From: an uncultured Clostridium sp.
GTDB lineage: Bacteria; Bacillota; Clostridia; Lachnospirales; Lachnospiraceae
DNA: 31,437 nt
Assembly (NCBI GenBank): GCA_900552885.1
Contig: USBM01000001.1
Span: 1 to 31,437, forward strand
Direction: 5' to 3'
Below the pieces are notes generated by a model that saw nothing but the letters and a program-made list of their open reading frames with translations, ran no database searches and was not told the origin of the DNA. The position numbers were made by a program, and so were the translations under genes. Shown here one piece after another: positions 1 to 9,169 of the stretch. Positions within the stretch are counted from its first letter, which is position 1. The number at the start of each line of letters is the position of its first letter.

Positions 1-325
1 AGAAGAGTTGTTAAGCCGGTTAGAGGGCAGGTATCTGAATGATCTTCCGATGTTTCAGAATACGAATGCCAGTATCGAAGATATCGGCAATTATCTATAT
101 GAGACGTTAAAAGTCCGTTTTCGAACGACTAATTATTCGTTATACCAATTAGATATTGCAGATAATCCGTTATCTGTCTATAGGGTGGCAGACCGGATCT
201 TACTTCCTACATTGAATATGGATAACAGCAAAGACAATTATGACGCTATCATGGAACAGAAGAGAATACGAGAGGATGACGCATATGACAAAGACATCAG
301 ACAAGAGACAACGAATCACATTTAG
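1..325 (+). CDS. 6-pyruvoyl-tetrahydropterin synthase (QueD/PTPS)-related protein, 5'-truncated by window edge
   Basis: Frame open from the window start; LEGRYLNDLPMFQNTNASIEDIGNYLYETL aligns by eye with the PTPS C-terminal half and with the paralog at 4701 (YQNQFLNKIPPFDMINPTLENCAHYFKDRL); expected in XrtG loci. Confidence 0.75.
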   Translation, partial: EELLSRLEGRYLNDLPMFQNTNASIEDIGNYLYETLKVRFRTTNYSLYQLDIADNPLSVYRVADRILLPTLNMDNSKDNYDAIMEQKRIREDDAYDKDIRQETTNHI

Positions 326-1637
326 AAAAATATTAGCGATGATGTGCGTGTTTGCCTTAGTGTTGCAGTTTGGCAATGTGAACGCATATGCAGCCGGAAT
401 TGACGGAAGCAATGGAACAATGAATATTACATCGGATAATTCGTACATTTATATCAGTTATGAGGGTAAATGGAACAATTATATTGGTGAGCAGATACAG
501 GTAGCAACAGATAACGGAGTGAACCTGGGAGCATTAAGTACAATTGGAATCAATCAGGAGAATGATGGTGACAGTGGCAGCATTACGATCCGTGATGCAT
601 GGAATAGTGAGATATCCGGGGCAGAAGGCAGCGTATCGAATAGTGGGAAACAACAATATTACGGCTATGAGAAGATGAAGTGGAATATTAGGGTTCCGGT
701 AAGTACATATTCTGATTATACATTTTCTAAACTGAATCTGTCATGGGGTGGCAAGACGGTAAGTCTTTCTGTATCAAGTGGAGTAACAACAGAAGCGACT
801 ACACAAATAACGGAAGAGAAGACGACCGGAGAGGCTTCTTCCGAAACGGTGACAGAGCAGGAGAAGACAACAGAAGTATCAACCGAAGCGGTTACAACCG
901 AGACAGCGACGGAAGAGATAACGACAGAAACAGAGTCTTCGGAAGCTACTACGGAGCAGGAGAAGACAACGGAAGTATCAACGGAAGAAGTTACAACCGA
1001 GACAACAACAGAAGATAAAAAAGAGGATATTGTAGTGTCCGGTGGAATGCAGATCGATGGTCTGTATGATGATTGGAAGGATATTCCTAAGACAGAGATT
1101 ACCTATACAAGCAATAATGCGAAATGTAATCATTATGGACAAATGTGCACAGATGGTGACCGGTTATATGCACATTTTCAGGCAAATGAATTATACGGCA
1201 GTTATATGCAGATACACATATGGAATCTTACCATCAATGGTCAGACATTTGCTTTGCAGATTCTTCCGGCGAATAGTGATGGCTCGATCGCATGGGGAAC
1301 GAATTACCAGTCTAAGGGTAATCACACGAATCTGAAGGTTTATATTGGATATTACAATGAGTGTGACAGTCAGGTGATCTATACCGTATATGATGAGAAT
1401 CATGCGTCTGATACACCGGGAGATGAGGTGGAATTCTCTATCAGTATGAAACGGTTATCTGAGATTACCGGAATTCCGCAGGATCAGATGGGTACGATTA
1501 CACTTTCTAATCCGAACTTAGGTGGTCAGGGTGTAACGATCGCCGGTTCTTCAACCGGACCGGTTGCCGGTGTTGTTGCTGCATTCTTCTTAGCCGCAGC
1601 GTACTTTAAGAAGAAAAAAGGAATGAAATTACAATGA
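285..1637 (+). CDS. Firmicu-CTERM sorting-domain surface protein (exosortase G target)
   Basis: GAGAGG RBS at 270-275 favours ATG 285; N-terminal signal peptide (..NAYAA), Thr/Glu-rich linker, C-terminal AGSSTGP + hydrophobic helix + KKKK tail; directly upstream of the xrtG-like gene. Confidence 0.85.
   Translation: MTKTSDKRQRITFRKILAMMCVFALVLQFGNVNAYAAGIDGSNGTMNITSDNSYIYISYEGKWNNYIGEQIQVATDNGVNLGALSTIGINQENDGDSGSITIRDAWNSEISGAEGSVSNSGKQQYYGYEKMKWNIRVPVSTYSDYTFSKLNLSWGGKTVSLSVSSGVTTEATTQITEEKTTGEASSETVTEQEKTTEVSTEAVTTETATEEITTETESSEATTEQEKTTEVSTEEVTTETTTEDKKEDIVVSGGMQIDGLYDDWKDIPKTEITYTSNNAKCNHYGQMCTDGDRLYAHFQANELYGSYMQIHIWNLTINGQTFALQILPANSDGSIAWGTNYQSKGNHTNLKVYIGYYNECDSQVIYTVYDENHASDTPGDEVEFSISMKRLSEITGIPQDQMGTITLSNPNLGGQGVTIAGSSTGPVAGVVAAFFLAAAYFKKKKGMKLQ
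853..1014 (+). repeat. 99-bp-period intragenic direct repeat encoding TEQEKTTEVSTExVTTET x2
   Basis: GAGCAGGAGAAGACAAC(A/G)GAAGTATCAAC at 855 and 954. Confidence 0.9.
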
Positions 1638-2227
1638 TGAATTGGTTTATTGCCCTTTTGCTGATCGTATGGGTATATGTCCTCTATACTATGAAACGTG
1701 CCGAGATGGGTGTCTGGTATTTCCTTTGTGGAAGCGTCGGATTATTTGTGTTTGGTATGGTGATATTTGAGCCACATATTGTAGCGCCCCTGCAAAAGGC
1801 AGTATCCGCAGTGGCAGGTATCTTAGGAGAAGCAACCGGAATCTATGATTTCTATTTTCAACAAGGAATCTTATTTATTCAGAATGGAACGGAGAGTTTG
1901 TCCCTTTATATTGATTTTGAGCGTTCCGGCGTGATCGAGATGCCGGCATTTCTGTCGTTATTATGGTTCTTTCCGGTATATGAGTTATATGAGAAAGTGG
2001 TTGTCAGTATTATCGGTGTGTTTGCTATCTTCATAGCAAATGTATTGCGCATTTTCCTGATCTGTCTGCTGATTTATGCATTTGGCAATCAGATCTACTT
2101 CGTGGCACATACGATCATTGCAAGAATTTTTTTCTATGTATGTTCGGTATTCCTGTATTTCTATGTATTTACGAAGCCACAGATAGTTCGTCAGAAAGTT
2201 GGTGCATTTCATTATGACCGCGATTAA
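1634..2227 (+). CDS. xrtG: Exosortase family protein XrtG (catalytic Cys position reads Arg)
   Basis: 197-aa polytopic membrane protein with YIDFE(R)SG at the catalytic-Cys motif, ANVLRI (Arg) and VAHT (His); lies between the Firmicu-CTERM protein and the GT2. Confidence 0.85.
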   Translation: MMNWFIALLLIVWVYVLYTMKRAEMGVWYFLCGSVGLFVFGMVIFEPHIVAPLQKAVSAVAGILGEATGIYDFYFQQGILFIQNGTESLSLYIDFERSGVIEMPAFLSLLWFFPVYELYEKVVVSIIGVFAIFIANVLRIFLICLLIYAFGNQIYFVAHTIIARIFFYVCSVFLYFYVFTKPQIVRQKVGAFHYDRD

Positions 2228-3590
2228 AGAATTTTTTATGTCCTCCGTGATGTTCTGGATTGCATGGATCATCATTCCGCTCATTATGGAGGTCATTCCA
2301 ACGATAGGGGATTTCTTTATTCTCCTGAAACGAAAGTTCATTCGGGCAAAATATGTGAAGCCACATGATCTGCCACAGATCTCATTGATCATTCCGGTGT
2401 ATAATTCGGAAGATACGTTGTATGAGTGTATCCGGTCGATTCATGAGTCAGAATATCCGAATGAACTTATTTATATTATGCTGGTGAATAATATGACGAA
2501 GGATAACAGCTTTCAGGTGTTTTGCAAATGCCAGGAAGAATTTCCGACACTGAAGATCAACTGGCTCAATGCCAAACAGGGGAAATCAAGGGCACTGAAT
2601 CTGGCATTATTTAACAGTGATGGCAAATATATTATTCACATTGACAGTGACGGTGTGTTGGAACCGCATGCACTTTACAATATTGTAAATATGTTTGAGA
2701 ACGAAGATGATATCCATTGTGTGACGGGAACGATATTGACAAATCCCAAGTTGATCGATCAGACGAAGAATCCTTTTATGCGGTTATTTCAGAAGTTAGA
2801 GTTTGGAGAGTATTGTCAGGCATTTCTGGCAGGACGTAACTTTCAGTCGGAATTAAACAGCATCTTCACGGTGTCCGGTGCATTTTCTGCCTTTCGTAAG
2901 TCTGCAATCCTGAAATCCCAGCTATATAACACAGATACCGTTTGTGAGGATACACACGTAACATTCCAGATCCGGGATGGCATGGGAAAGAAAGTGGCAC
3001 TTTGTCCGAATGCCATCTTCTTTGTGGATCCGATCGGGAGTGTGAATCAGTTGTATGTACAGAGACAGCGGTGGCAGAGCGGAGAGCTTGAAGTTATGCA
3101 TATGTTTATGGGAAAGAGGTTAAATGCAGCCAGAGGATTCTTCTCTGACTTTGTGGTGCGTGTGTTGATGTATGACCACACATTTGCATTTCCCCGGATG
3201 ATCTGGTATTTTGCATTGATCTGTCTGGCGTTTATCAATTATCCGATGAGCCTGATCGTGCAATCCGTGATCTTCATGTATGCAATGTACAGTTTTGCCA
3301 ATCTGTTATTATATATCTGTATTATATTATTCCTGAAGGAATTCAAGGATTTGCGGGGATATTATGCCAGAAAATGGTATATAATCTTTCTTCTGCCAAT
3401 ATTTAACTTCATTGTATTCTGGTTCCGGTTTGCAGGAATCATTAATTCAATTAAAGGTACACAGACCTGGCAGGTGCGGAATGCAAAGGAAGAATGGCAG
3501 TCGTTTGGTGAGGTGGCAGAGAAAGATTTTGCGGGAATTGGCCGGATCATTTCCAGGATTCGGGATGAGGTAAATGAGAATGAGGAATAA
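2214..3590 (+). CDS. Exosortase G system-associated family 2 glycosyltransferase (TIGR03111-like)
   Basis: IIPVYN, GKSRALN, IDSD, CED and QRQRW motifs; N- and C-terminal TM helices; start overlaps the xrtG end. Confidence 0.88.
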   Translation: MTAIKEFFMSSVMFWIAWIIIPLIMEVIPTIGDFFILLKRKFIRAKYVKPHDLPQISLIIPVYNSEDTLYECIRSIHESEYPNELIYIMLVNNMTKDNSFQVFCKCQEEFPTLKINWLNAKQGKSRALNLALFNSDGKYIIHIDSDGVLEPHALYNIVNMFENEDDIHCVTGTILTNPKLIDQTKNPFMRLFQKLEFGEYCQAFLAGRNFQSELNSIFTVSGAFSAFRKSAILKSQLYNTDTVCEDTHVTFQIRDGMGKKVALCPNAIFFVDPIGSVNQLYVQRQRWQSGELEVMHMFMGKRLNAARGFFSDFVVRVLMYDHTFAFPRMIWYFALICLAFINYPMSLIVQSVIFMYAMYSFANLLLYICIILFLKEFKDLRGYYARKWYIIFLLPIFNFIVFWFRFAGIINSIKGTQTWQVRNAKEEWQSFGEVAEKDFAGIGRIISRIRDEVNENEE

Positions 3591-4704
3591 GAAAAAGGGC
3601 CGTATTAAGCGCATGTACACATCTATCCGGTACAGGATGATATCTATTAGTATATCCGTTGTTGTATTCATTGCGGTGATGCTGACAGCTATCTTAATTG
3701 AATTATCGAATAACCAGGAACAATATATGGTGATGTATCGCGAGGGACAGCAGCAGGTGGTCTCACAATTAGCGGATACCCTCCGGTATATGGCAGATGG
3801 AGGAACGAACGATGCAGATCTTGTCACATATCTGTCGGAGAATGTAGCAGCATCGGGCAGCCGGTTCTTTGTATTGGTTAAGGGTTCGGATGTCCTTTTT
3901 GCAAAGAATGATATTACAACGAAGTGTTTAGGAAGTCTGAATACGAAAGATGCCTTATATGACAGTTTGCAGACACAAAGTGTCAATGTTCTAAGTAGCA
4001 CATTTGAACACGGTGGACAGACATATGAGATTGCAGAGTTCTATGATGTGGATACCGTAAAGTCGGAAGCAGATCTTAACAAGCATCAATATTATATTCT
4101 GTTGGCGGTGGCAATTATGGGACTGATTCTTGTCAGTCTGCTCGTTACGATGTTAGGTTCATGGAATCGTACCGAGAAACAGTTAAAGGGCACCGAGAAA
4201 GAATTAGATATCCGGAATGAGAAGATGGAGCAGATCTCACAGGAGACGGGAACGTTGAACGCAGACAAGACAGATCTTTTAACGAAGGAAGAAGTAACGG
4301 GAATCATTAAGTCAAAACGTGCGGAGTTTTACAACATTTATACGATCAAGATGTTATTGCAAAAGTCGGAAGACAAAGAACTTAAGCCATTACAGATGAT
4401 CCTTGTTAATGTGGTGATGGGAAACCGGTATTACACGAAAGATCAGATCTTTAATGCGATGGAACGGATTCAGCAGCAGTTGCGTCCGGTGGAGGTCATG
4501 GGTGAGATCCGCAGAGGGCGGTTTGTTATCCTGGCGTATCGCACACCGGTTGAGACAGCCAGACAACGGATTGCGGCTATAGAGACAGTCTGCAAGGATA
4601 TTGAAAAGAAAGAAGGATTTTCAATCACTTGTAAGTTATTAGAAGAGGACGACCGGAAAGCAATTGAACGGTTTGAAGAATGCCAGATGGAGGAAACGAT
4701 ATGA
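3574..4704 (+). CDS. Two-TM membrane protein with extracellular domain, coiled coil and degenerate GGDEF-like C-terminal domain
   Basis: Two hydrophobic helices; C-terminal LRPVEVMGEIRRGRFVIL matches the spacing of LRxxDxxxRxGGDEFxIL; overlaps both neighbours. Confidence 0.65.
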   Translation: MRMRNKKKGRIKRMYTSIRYRMISISISVVVFIAVMLTAILIELSNNQEQYMVMYREGQQQVVSQLADTLRYMADGGTNDADLVTYLSENVAASGSRFFVLVKGSDVLFAKNDITTKCLGSLNTKDALYDSLQTQSVNVLSSTFEHGGQTYEIAEFYDVDTVKSEADLNKHQYYILLAVAIMGLILVSLLVTMLGSWNRTEKQLKGTEKELDIRNEKMEQISQETGTLNADKTDLLTKEEVTGIIKSKRAEFYNIYTIKMLLQKSEDKELKPLQMILVNVVMGNRYYTKDQIFNAMERIQQQLRPVEVMGEIRRGRFVILAYRTPVETARQRIAAIETVCKDIEKKEGFSITCKLLEEDDRKAIERFEECQMEETI

Positions 4705-5147
4705 GATATCAGCAGTATAAGTTCAAATTCTATCTGAATGCCCGACATGGCATCTATATCAATGGAAAGTTGGGAGAGGCGCATCCGCACACATGGGAGA
4801 TCATATTGCATGTTGTAAAAGGAAAGAATCAGTTTGTGCAGTTTGATGCATTGGAAAAGACGGTGGAGAAGTTCATGGAGCCGTATCAGAATCAGTTTCT
4901 TAACAAGATTCCTCCGTTTGATATGATCAATCCGACATTGGAGAATTGTGCGCATTATTTCAAGGATCGTTTGCAGGAGATCCTGAACCGGGAGGGCTGG
5001 ATCTTTCTTATGATGGAGATGAGCGAAAGTCCTGCAAGATCTTATGTGATCAGTATGATCGATGAACAGCAGATGGGACGGGATCAGTCGCTGAATACAT
5101 TAACGGAATTCATATTGGATGATATCCGGAATGCCCAGATGGAGTGA
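4701..5147 (+). CDS. 6-pyruvoyl-tetrahydropterin synthase-related protein (TIGR03112-like, QueD/T-fold)
   Basis: GGAGG RBS and ATGA overlap at 4701; FYLNARH...HPHTW (three Zn-type His), NPTLEN, MSESP. Confidence 0.88.
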   Translation: MRYQQYKFKFYLNARHGIYINGKLGEAHPHTWEIILHVVKGKNQFVQFDALEKTVEKFMEPYQNQFLNKIPPFDMINPTLENCAHYFKDRLQEILNREGWIFLMMEMSESPARSYVISMIDEQQMGRDQSLNTLTEFILDDIRNAQME

Positions 5148-5192
5148 TCGGGATCAATACCAGACAGAGCATATACAATTGAGGTAGTCAGA

Positions 5193-7652
5193 ATGAAACA
5201 GTCAAAATGGATGAAAAATGGAATAGGGATTGTATTATTACTAGTGGGTGCTGCTGTTGTTTCCGTCTATCTGTATATGACAAAGGCACAGCCATCCGGT
5301 GATGATATCTGGGGACATTTGTACAAAGCGGAGTTTATGTACGATAATATCCGGGAAGGAAACTGGTTTCCGTTGTTTGATGCGAAATGGTATAACGGAA
5401 TTCAGTTATATCGCTATTGGCCGCCGCTTTCTTATTATATTCTGGCAGGATTGATGAACCTTACGGGAGGAAGTCTTATTCATGCATATTACCTGTTAGC
5501 TGCGGGGGTATTCTTTTTTGGCGGGCTGCCGTGGGTGCTGTGGGGCAATATGGAAAACCGGAGAGTGATGGGAACTACAATGGGTCTTGTCTGGTTTTTC
5601 ATGCCGGAGATCGTGAAGATCTATTTTGATTCCGGAAATCTTCCACAGATGATCACGTCAACGATTGTTCCGTATATTGTGTTCTTTCTCTGGATGTATG
5701 TAAGAAAGAAGAACAATACGGCAGCAATCGGATTGTTTGTCGGAATGGCTCTGATGACATTTACCCATCTGATGGTAACGGCCTTGATGGGTGTATCCAC
5801 ATTTCTGTATCTGTGGATCGATCAATATTGGAATAAAGACTGGAAAAGAAAGATCATGGCACTTTGTGTCATGGTAACGGGAATCCTGTCTGTTGGTATC
5901 TGGATCCTGCCGGCACTTAAGGGCGGAATGATGGGAGAGGAACAGGGAAGCGGAAGTGTTATGTCGACGCTGATCTTTCCGTTGTCGGTATCGTTAAATG
6001 CATTGCAGCGATTGAACAGCACGGAACAGGCGCAATTTTATTTTGGTCTTAGCGTTGTGATCTTATCCGTGCTTGGCTGGCTGTTAGCGCGGGGCGGAAA
6101 AAAGGCCGGATTTGTATTGCCGTTGATCGTATTAGTATTCACAACACCTGCTACCTATGGATTCCTAAGTAAACTGCCAATGAGCCAGTTATTTTGGATG
6201 ACACGTTTCATGCCAATGGTGTATGCCTATTTTTTCTGTTCGATGATGGAGTGGAAACTGCTCAAGAAAAAATATTGTGTGGTTGCGATGGCAATCCTGC
6301 TGCTTGACCTGATCCCGTCCATGAATATTGCAGGATATCAGGTGACGGCAGACAAGGATATGGTGGCAGATATCGGACAATTGCGTGAGATGACAACGCA
6401 AAGAGCTTCGGTCATGGATATCAGTTCCTATGGTCCATATCCGTCCTATGGAATTCCGGGCAAGGATGGGGTGAATTATACGTATGGCTGGGCATGGCAG
6501 GGAGCTGTAACCGGAGATAATATCGTGCTGTTAAATGAAGCACTTGAACGGGAGCGGTATCCGTTTCTCTTTGACCGCTGTCTGGAATTAGGAAATGATA
6601 CGGTATTGGTACGAAAGACTTATGTCGGAAGAAACGGGGGATCAGAGAAAGAGATGCTGGAAGCGGCATCCGACAGTGGATATACACTTGCAAAAGAGAC
6701 AGCAGGGGCCTATCTGTTTAAGCATGAGACACCGGATACATTTGGTGTGGTAACAACGTATCAGGGTATCGTAATTGGAAAATATGCAAATGAGATGACG
6801 ATTGCGTATCCGGGATTTGTAGCGGGAAATGAAGAACAGTTAGATGCATATTCTTATGAGGAGCTTGCCGGCTATAAGACGATATTTCTTTCCGGCTTTA
6901 CCTATGAGGATAAAGAAGCGGCAGAGAACCTGCTGAAGCGACTAGGGGAACATGGTGTCCGTATTGTGATTGACAGCACACATTTGCCGGCAGATGCAGG
7001 AACAAAGATTGAGAGTTTCCTGGGTGTGACGAATCAGCAGGTGCATTTTCAAAAGAAATATCCATCATTGCAGGTAAACGGAAAGACACATCAGACAGGT
7101 TCCTTTTTAGCAGCTGACAGCGACTTTGCAACGGGGTATATTTCAAAAGTAGATCATGTGTTAGGCAGCGTACAGATAGGTGCTGAGACGCTGGCATTTT
7201 ATGGATATAATGATGCGAATCCGAATATCTACTTTTTAGGAATCAATCTGATGTATTATGCTATATCCACAGATGATGCGGTTGCATATAATGCATTGGA
7301 TGAAGTGCTGAATATATCGAGTGGACAATTGCCGATCCGGCAATTAGTGCCGATCACAGTGGAACAGACAGGAAGAAAACTTCATATTCATGTGGATGAA
7401 GATACGTCCCTAGCAGCGGGAACGGTGGTCAATACGACGATTGCCTATCAGGACATCTTCTCATCGGATCAGGAGATTACGGATACCAACAATCTGTTAG
7501 GTGTCTGTGCGACGGATACCGTGATCACGATGCATTACCCAATGTTTGCAGCGGGACTAATCGTATCCATTCTTGGATTGCTTGCCGGCATTGCAGCTAT
7601 CTGCATTACAATGTGTAGTCCGCAATGGAGGGAGGATACTCCTGCTTTATGA
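5193..7652 (+). CDS. PTPS-related membrane protein (PF10131-like), probable GT-C fold glycosyltransferase
   Basis: GAGGT RBS; GDDIWGH after TM1, WYNG..YRYWPPLSYY, about a dozen TM helices, large extracellular domain, C-terminal TM. Confidence 0.8.
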   Translation: MKQSKWMKNGIGIVLLLVGAAVVSVYLYMTKAQPSGDDIWGHLYKAEFMYDNIREGNWFPLFDAKWYNGIQLYRYWPPLSYYILAGLMNLTGGSLIHAYYLLAAGVFFFGGLPWVLWGNMENRRVMGTTMGLVWFFMPEIVKIYFDSGNLPQMITSTIVPYIVFFLWMYVRKKNNTAAIGLFVGMALMTFTHLMVTALMGVSTFLYLWIDQYWNKDWKRKIMALCVMVTGILSVGIWILPALKGGMMGEEQGSGSVMSTLIFPLSVSLNALQRLNSTEQAQFYFGLSVVILSVLGWLLARGGKKAGFVLPLIVLVFTTPATYGFLSKLPMSQLFWMTRFMPMVYAYFFCSMMEWKLLKKKYCVVAMAILLLDLIPSMNIAGYQVTADKDMVADIGQLREMTTQRASVMDISSYGPYPSYGIPGKDGVNYTYGWAWQGAVTGDNIVLLNEALERERYPFLFDRCLELGNDTVLVRKTYVGRNGGSEKEMLEAASDSGYTLAKETAGAYLFKHETPDTFGVVTTYQGIVIGKYANEMTIAYPGFVAGNEEQLDAYSYEELAGYKTIFLSGFTYEDKEAAENLLKRLGEHGVRIVIDSTHLPADAGTKIESFLGVTNQQVHFQKKYPSLQVNGKTHQTGSFLAADSDFATGYISKVDHVLGSVQIGAETLAFYGYNDANPNIYFLGINLMYYAISTDDAVAYNALDEVLNISSGQLPIRQLVPITVEQTGRKLHIHVDEDTSLAAGTVVNTTIAYQDIFSSDQEITDTNNLLGVCATDTVITMHYPMFAAGLIVSILGLLAGIAAICITMCSPQWREDTPAL

Positions 7653-7677
7653 GAATTATATTAAAGTTAGAAATGAA

Positions 7678-7737
7678 AATGCTACCAAAAAGGTTGACAA
7701 TAGAGCAGAAACCTATTGTACCCTTCCTGGTAGCATT
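7678..7737. terminator. Imperfect stem-loop between convergent genes, probable bidirectional terminator
   Basis: AATGCTACCA/TGGTAGCATT outer arms and ACAATAG/CTATTGT inner arms. Confidence 0.6.
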
Positions 7738-7774
7738 GATTTGTTAATTCAAGAAAGTCGCATGTGGTAGAGGC

Positions 7775-9136
7775 TTATTCTGTGGTGTGAAGACTGGCTC
7801 CGTTGGTTGCCATGACTTCTTTGTACCAGTGACCGGAATCTTTGATGATACGCTCCTGTGTCCGGTAATCTACATAGATGAGTCCGAAACGTTTGTCATA
7901 GCCCTCGGACCATTCGTAGTTATCCATGATCGACCAGTGAAGATATCCCATAATTGGAACACCGGCTTCTTCCCAGGCACGTTCAAACTCCAATAAGTAG
8001 CGGTGTGTATAATCAATACGGTAGGTGTCGTGTACCTTGCCATCTAAGCATACCCAGTCGTGTTCTGCCATACCATTTTCAGAGATCATGATCGGTTTGC
8101 CGTAGCGTTCATATAAGAACTTAGGCGACCAGAACATAACTTCAGGAGTCATTGCCCATCCAAGATCGGTTTCCGGGCGTCCCTGATACCAGTTCTCCGG
8201 ATATATATCTTTGCGGAAGATGGAATTGGAGTAATAAATATTGGTTGCATAGAAGTCAAGCGGTTCACTGATCAGATCCATTTCTTCTTTGTTGTAGGCA
8301 GGTACTAGATCTCCGAACAATTCATATAATTGCTCCGGATAATGACCTAAGTAGACAGGATCAGACCAATAGCTTAAGGAAAAAGCAAATTCTTCACCGC
8401 CGATATCAAACGTCTTGGCACGGGCTGCTTCGATTGCCTCTGGGTTTTCATTTTCCGGTGTATAAGCCGGACCGATCGGAGCAAAGCTGATCATTGGTTT
8501 CTTCTTGGCATTGTGACGGATATAGCGGGCTGCTTTGCCATGAGATAACAGGATATTATGCCCCATGCGTAACAGATTTCTTGTATTTGCATGTTCAAAC
8601 GGAGCATGAAATCCGGCATAGTATCCGCAGCCTAAAACACATTGCGGTTCATTGATGGTGATCCAATAGGTTACTCGGTCTGAAAGAGCATCGACAACAA
8701 CTTTCGTGTATTCTAAGAACCATTCGGAAATATCATCATTTAACCAGGCACCTTTCTTATATAATTCGTATGGAAGATCCCAGTGATATAATGTAACGAT
8801 CGGCTCAATGCCGTTGGCAAGCAGTTTGTCTACCAGATCGGAATAGAACTGTAAGCCTTTCTCGTTGACTTTGCCGGTTCCATCCGGAAGTATTCTTGCC
8901 CAGCTAATGGAAAAACGGTAATTACGGACACCTAATCGCACCATGTTTGCAATATCTTCATCTACCCGGTGATAGTGGTCGCAGGCTACCTTTCCAGTCT
9001 CATTGTATTTCGTATTGCCCTTGATTCCGGCACATACATCCCAGATATTCAGACCTTTTCCGTCCTCGTTGTAAGCACCTTCAATCTGATGTGCTGCAGA
9101 AGCAACACCCCACATAAAATCTTTTGGAAAACTCAT
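7775..9136 (-). CDS. Glycoside hydrolase family 1 beta-glucosidase
   Basis: FPKDFMWGVASAAHQIEG, YRFSISWARI, TLYHWDLP, catalytic TINEP and ISENG, DNYEW; AGGAGG RBS (cctcct 9145-9150). Confidence 0.96.
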   Translation of the reverse strand: MSFPKDFMWGVASAAHQIEGAYNEDGKGLNIWDVCAGIKGNTKYNETGKVACDHYHRVDEDIANMVRLGVRNYRFSISWARILPDGTGKVNEKGLQFYSDLVDKLLANGIEPIVTLYHWDLPYELYKKGAWLNDDISEWFLEYTKVVVDALSDRVTYWITINEPQCVLGCGYYAGFHAPFEHANTRNLLRMGHNILLSHGKAARYIRHNAKKKPMISFAPIGPAYTPENENPEAIEAARAKTFDIGGEEFAFSLSYWSDPVYLGHYPEQLYELFGDLVPAYNKEEMDLISEPLDFYATNIYYSNSIFRKDIYPENWYQGRPETDLGWAMTPEVMFWSPKFLYERYGKPIMISENGMAEHDWVCLDGKVHDTYRIDYTHRYLLEFERAWEEAGVPIMGYLHWSIMDNYEWSEGYDKRFGLIYVDYRTQERIIKDSGHWYKEVMATNGASLHTTE

Positions 9137-9169
9137 AATCTTTACCTCCTTCTTTGATATAAAAACCCT

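Noticed and set aside
1..5147. Queuosine or 7-deazaguanine DNA-modification cluster
   Set aside because: No queC, queE, folE, tgt or dpd genes in the window; context is exosortase/glycosyltransferase
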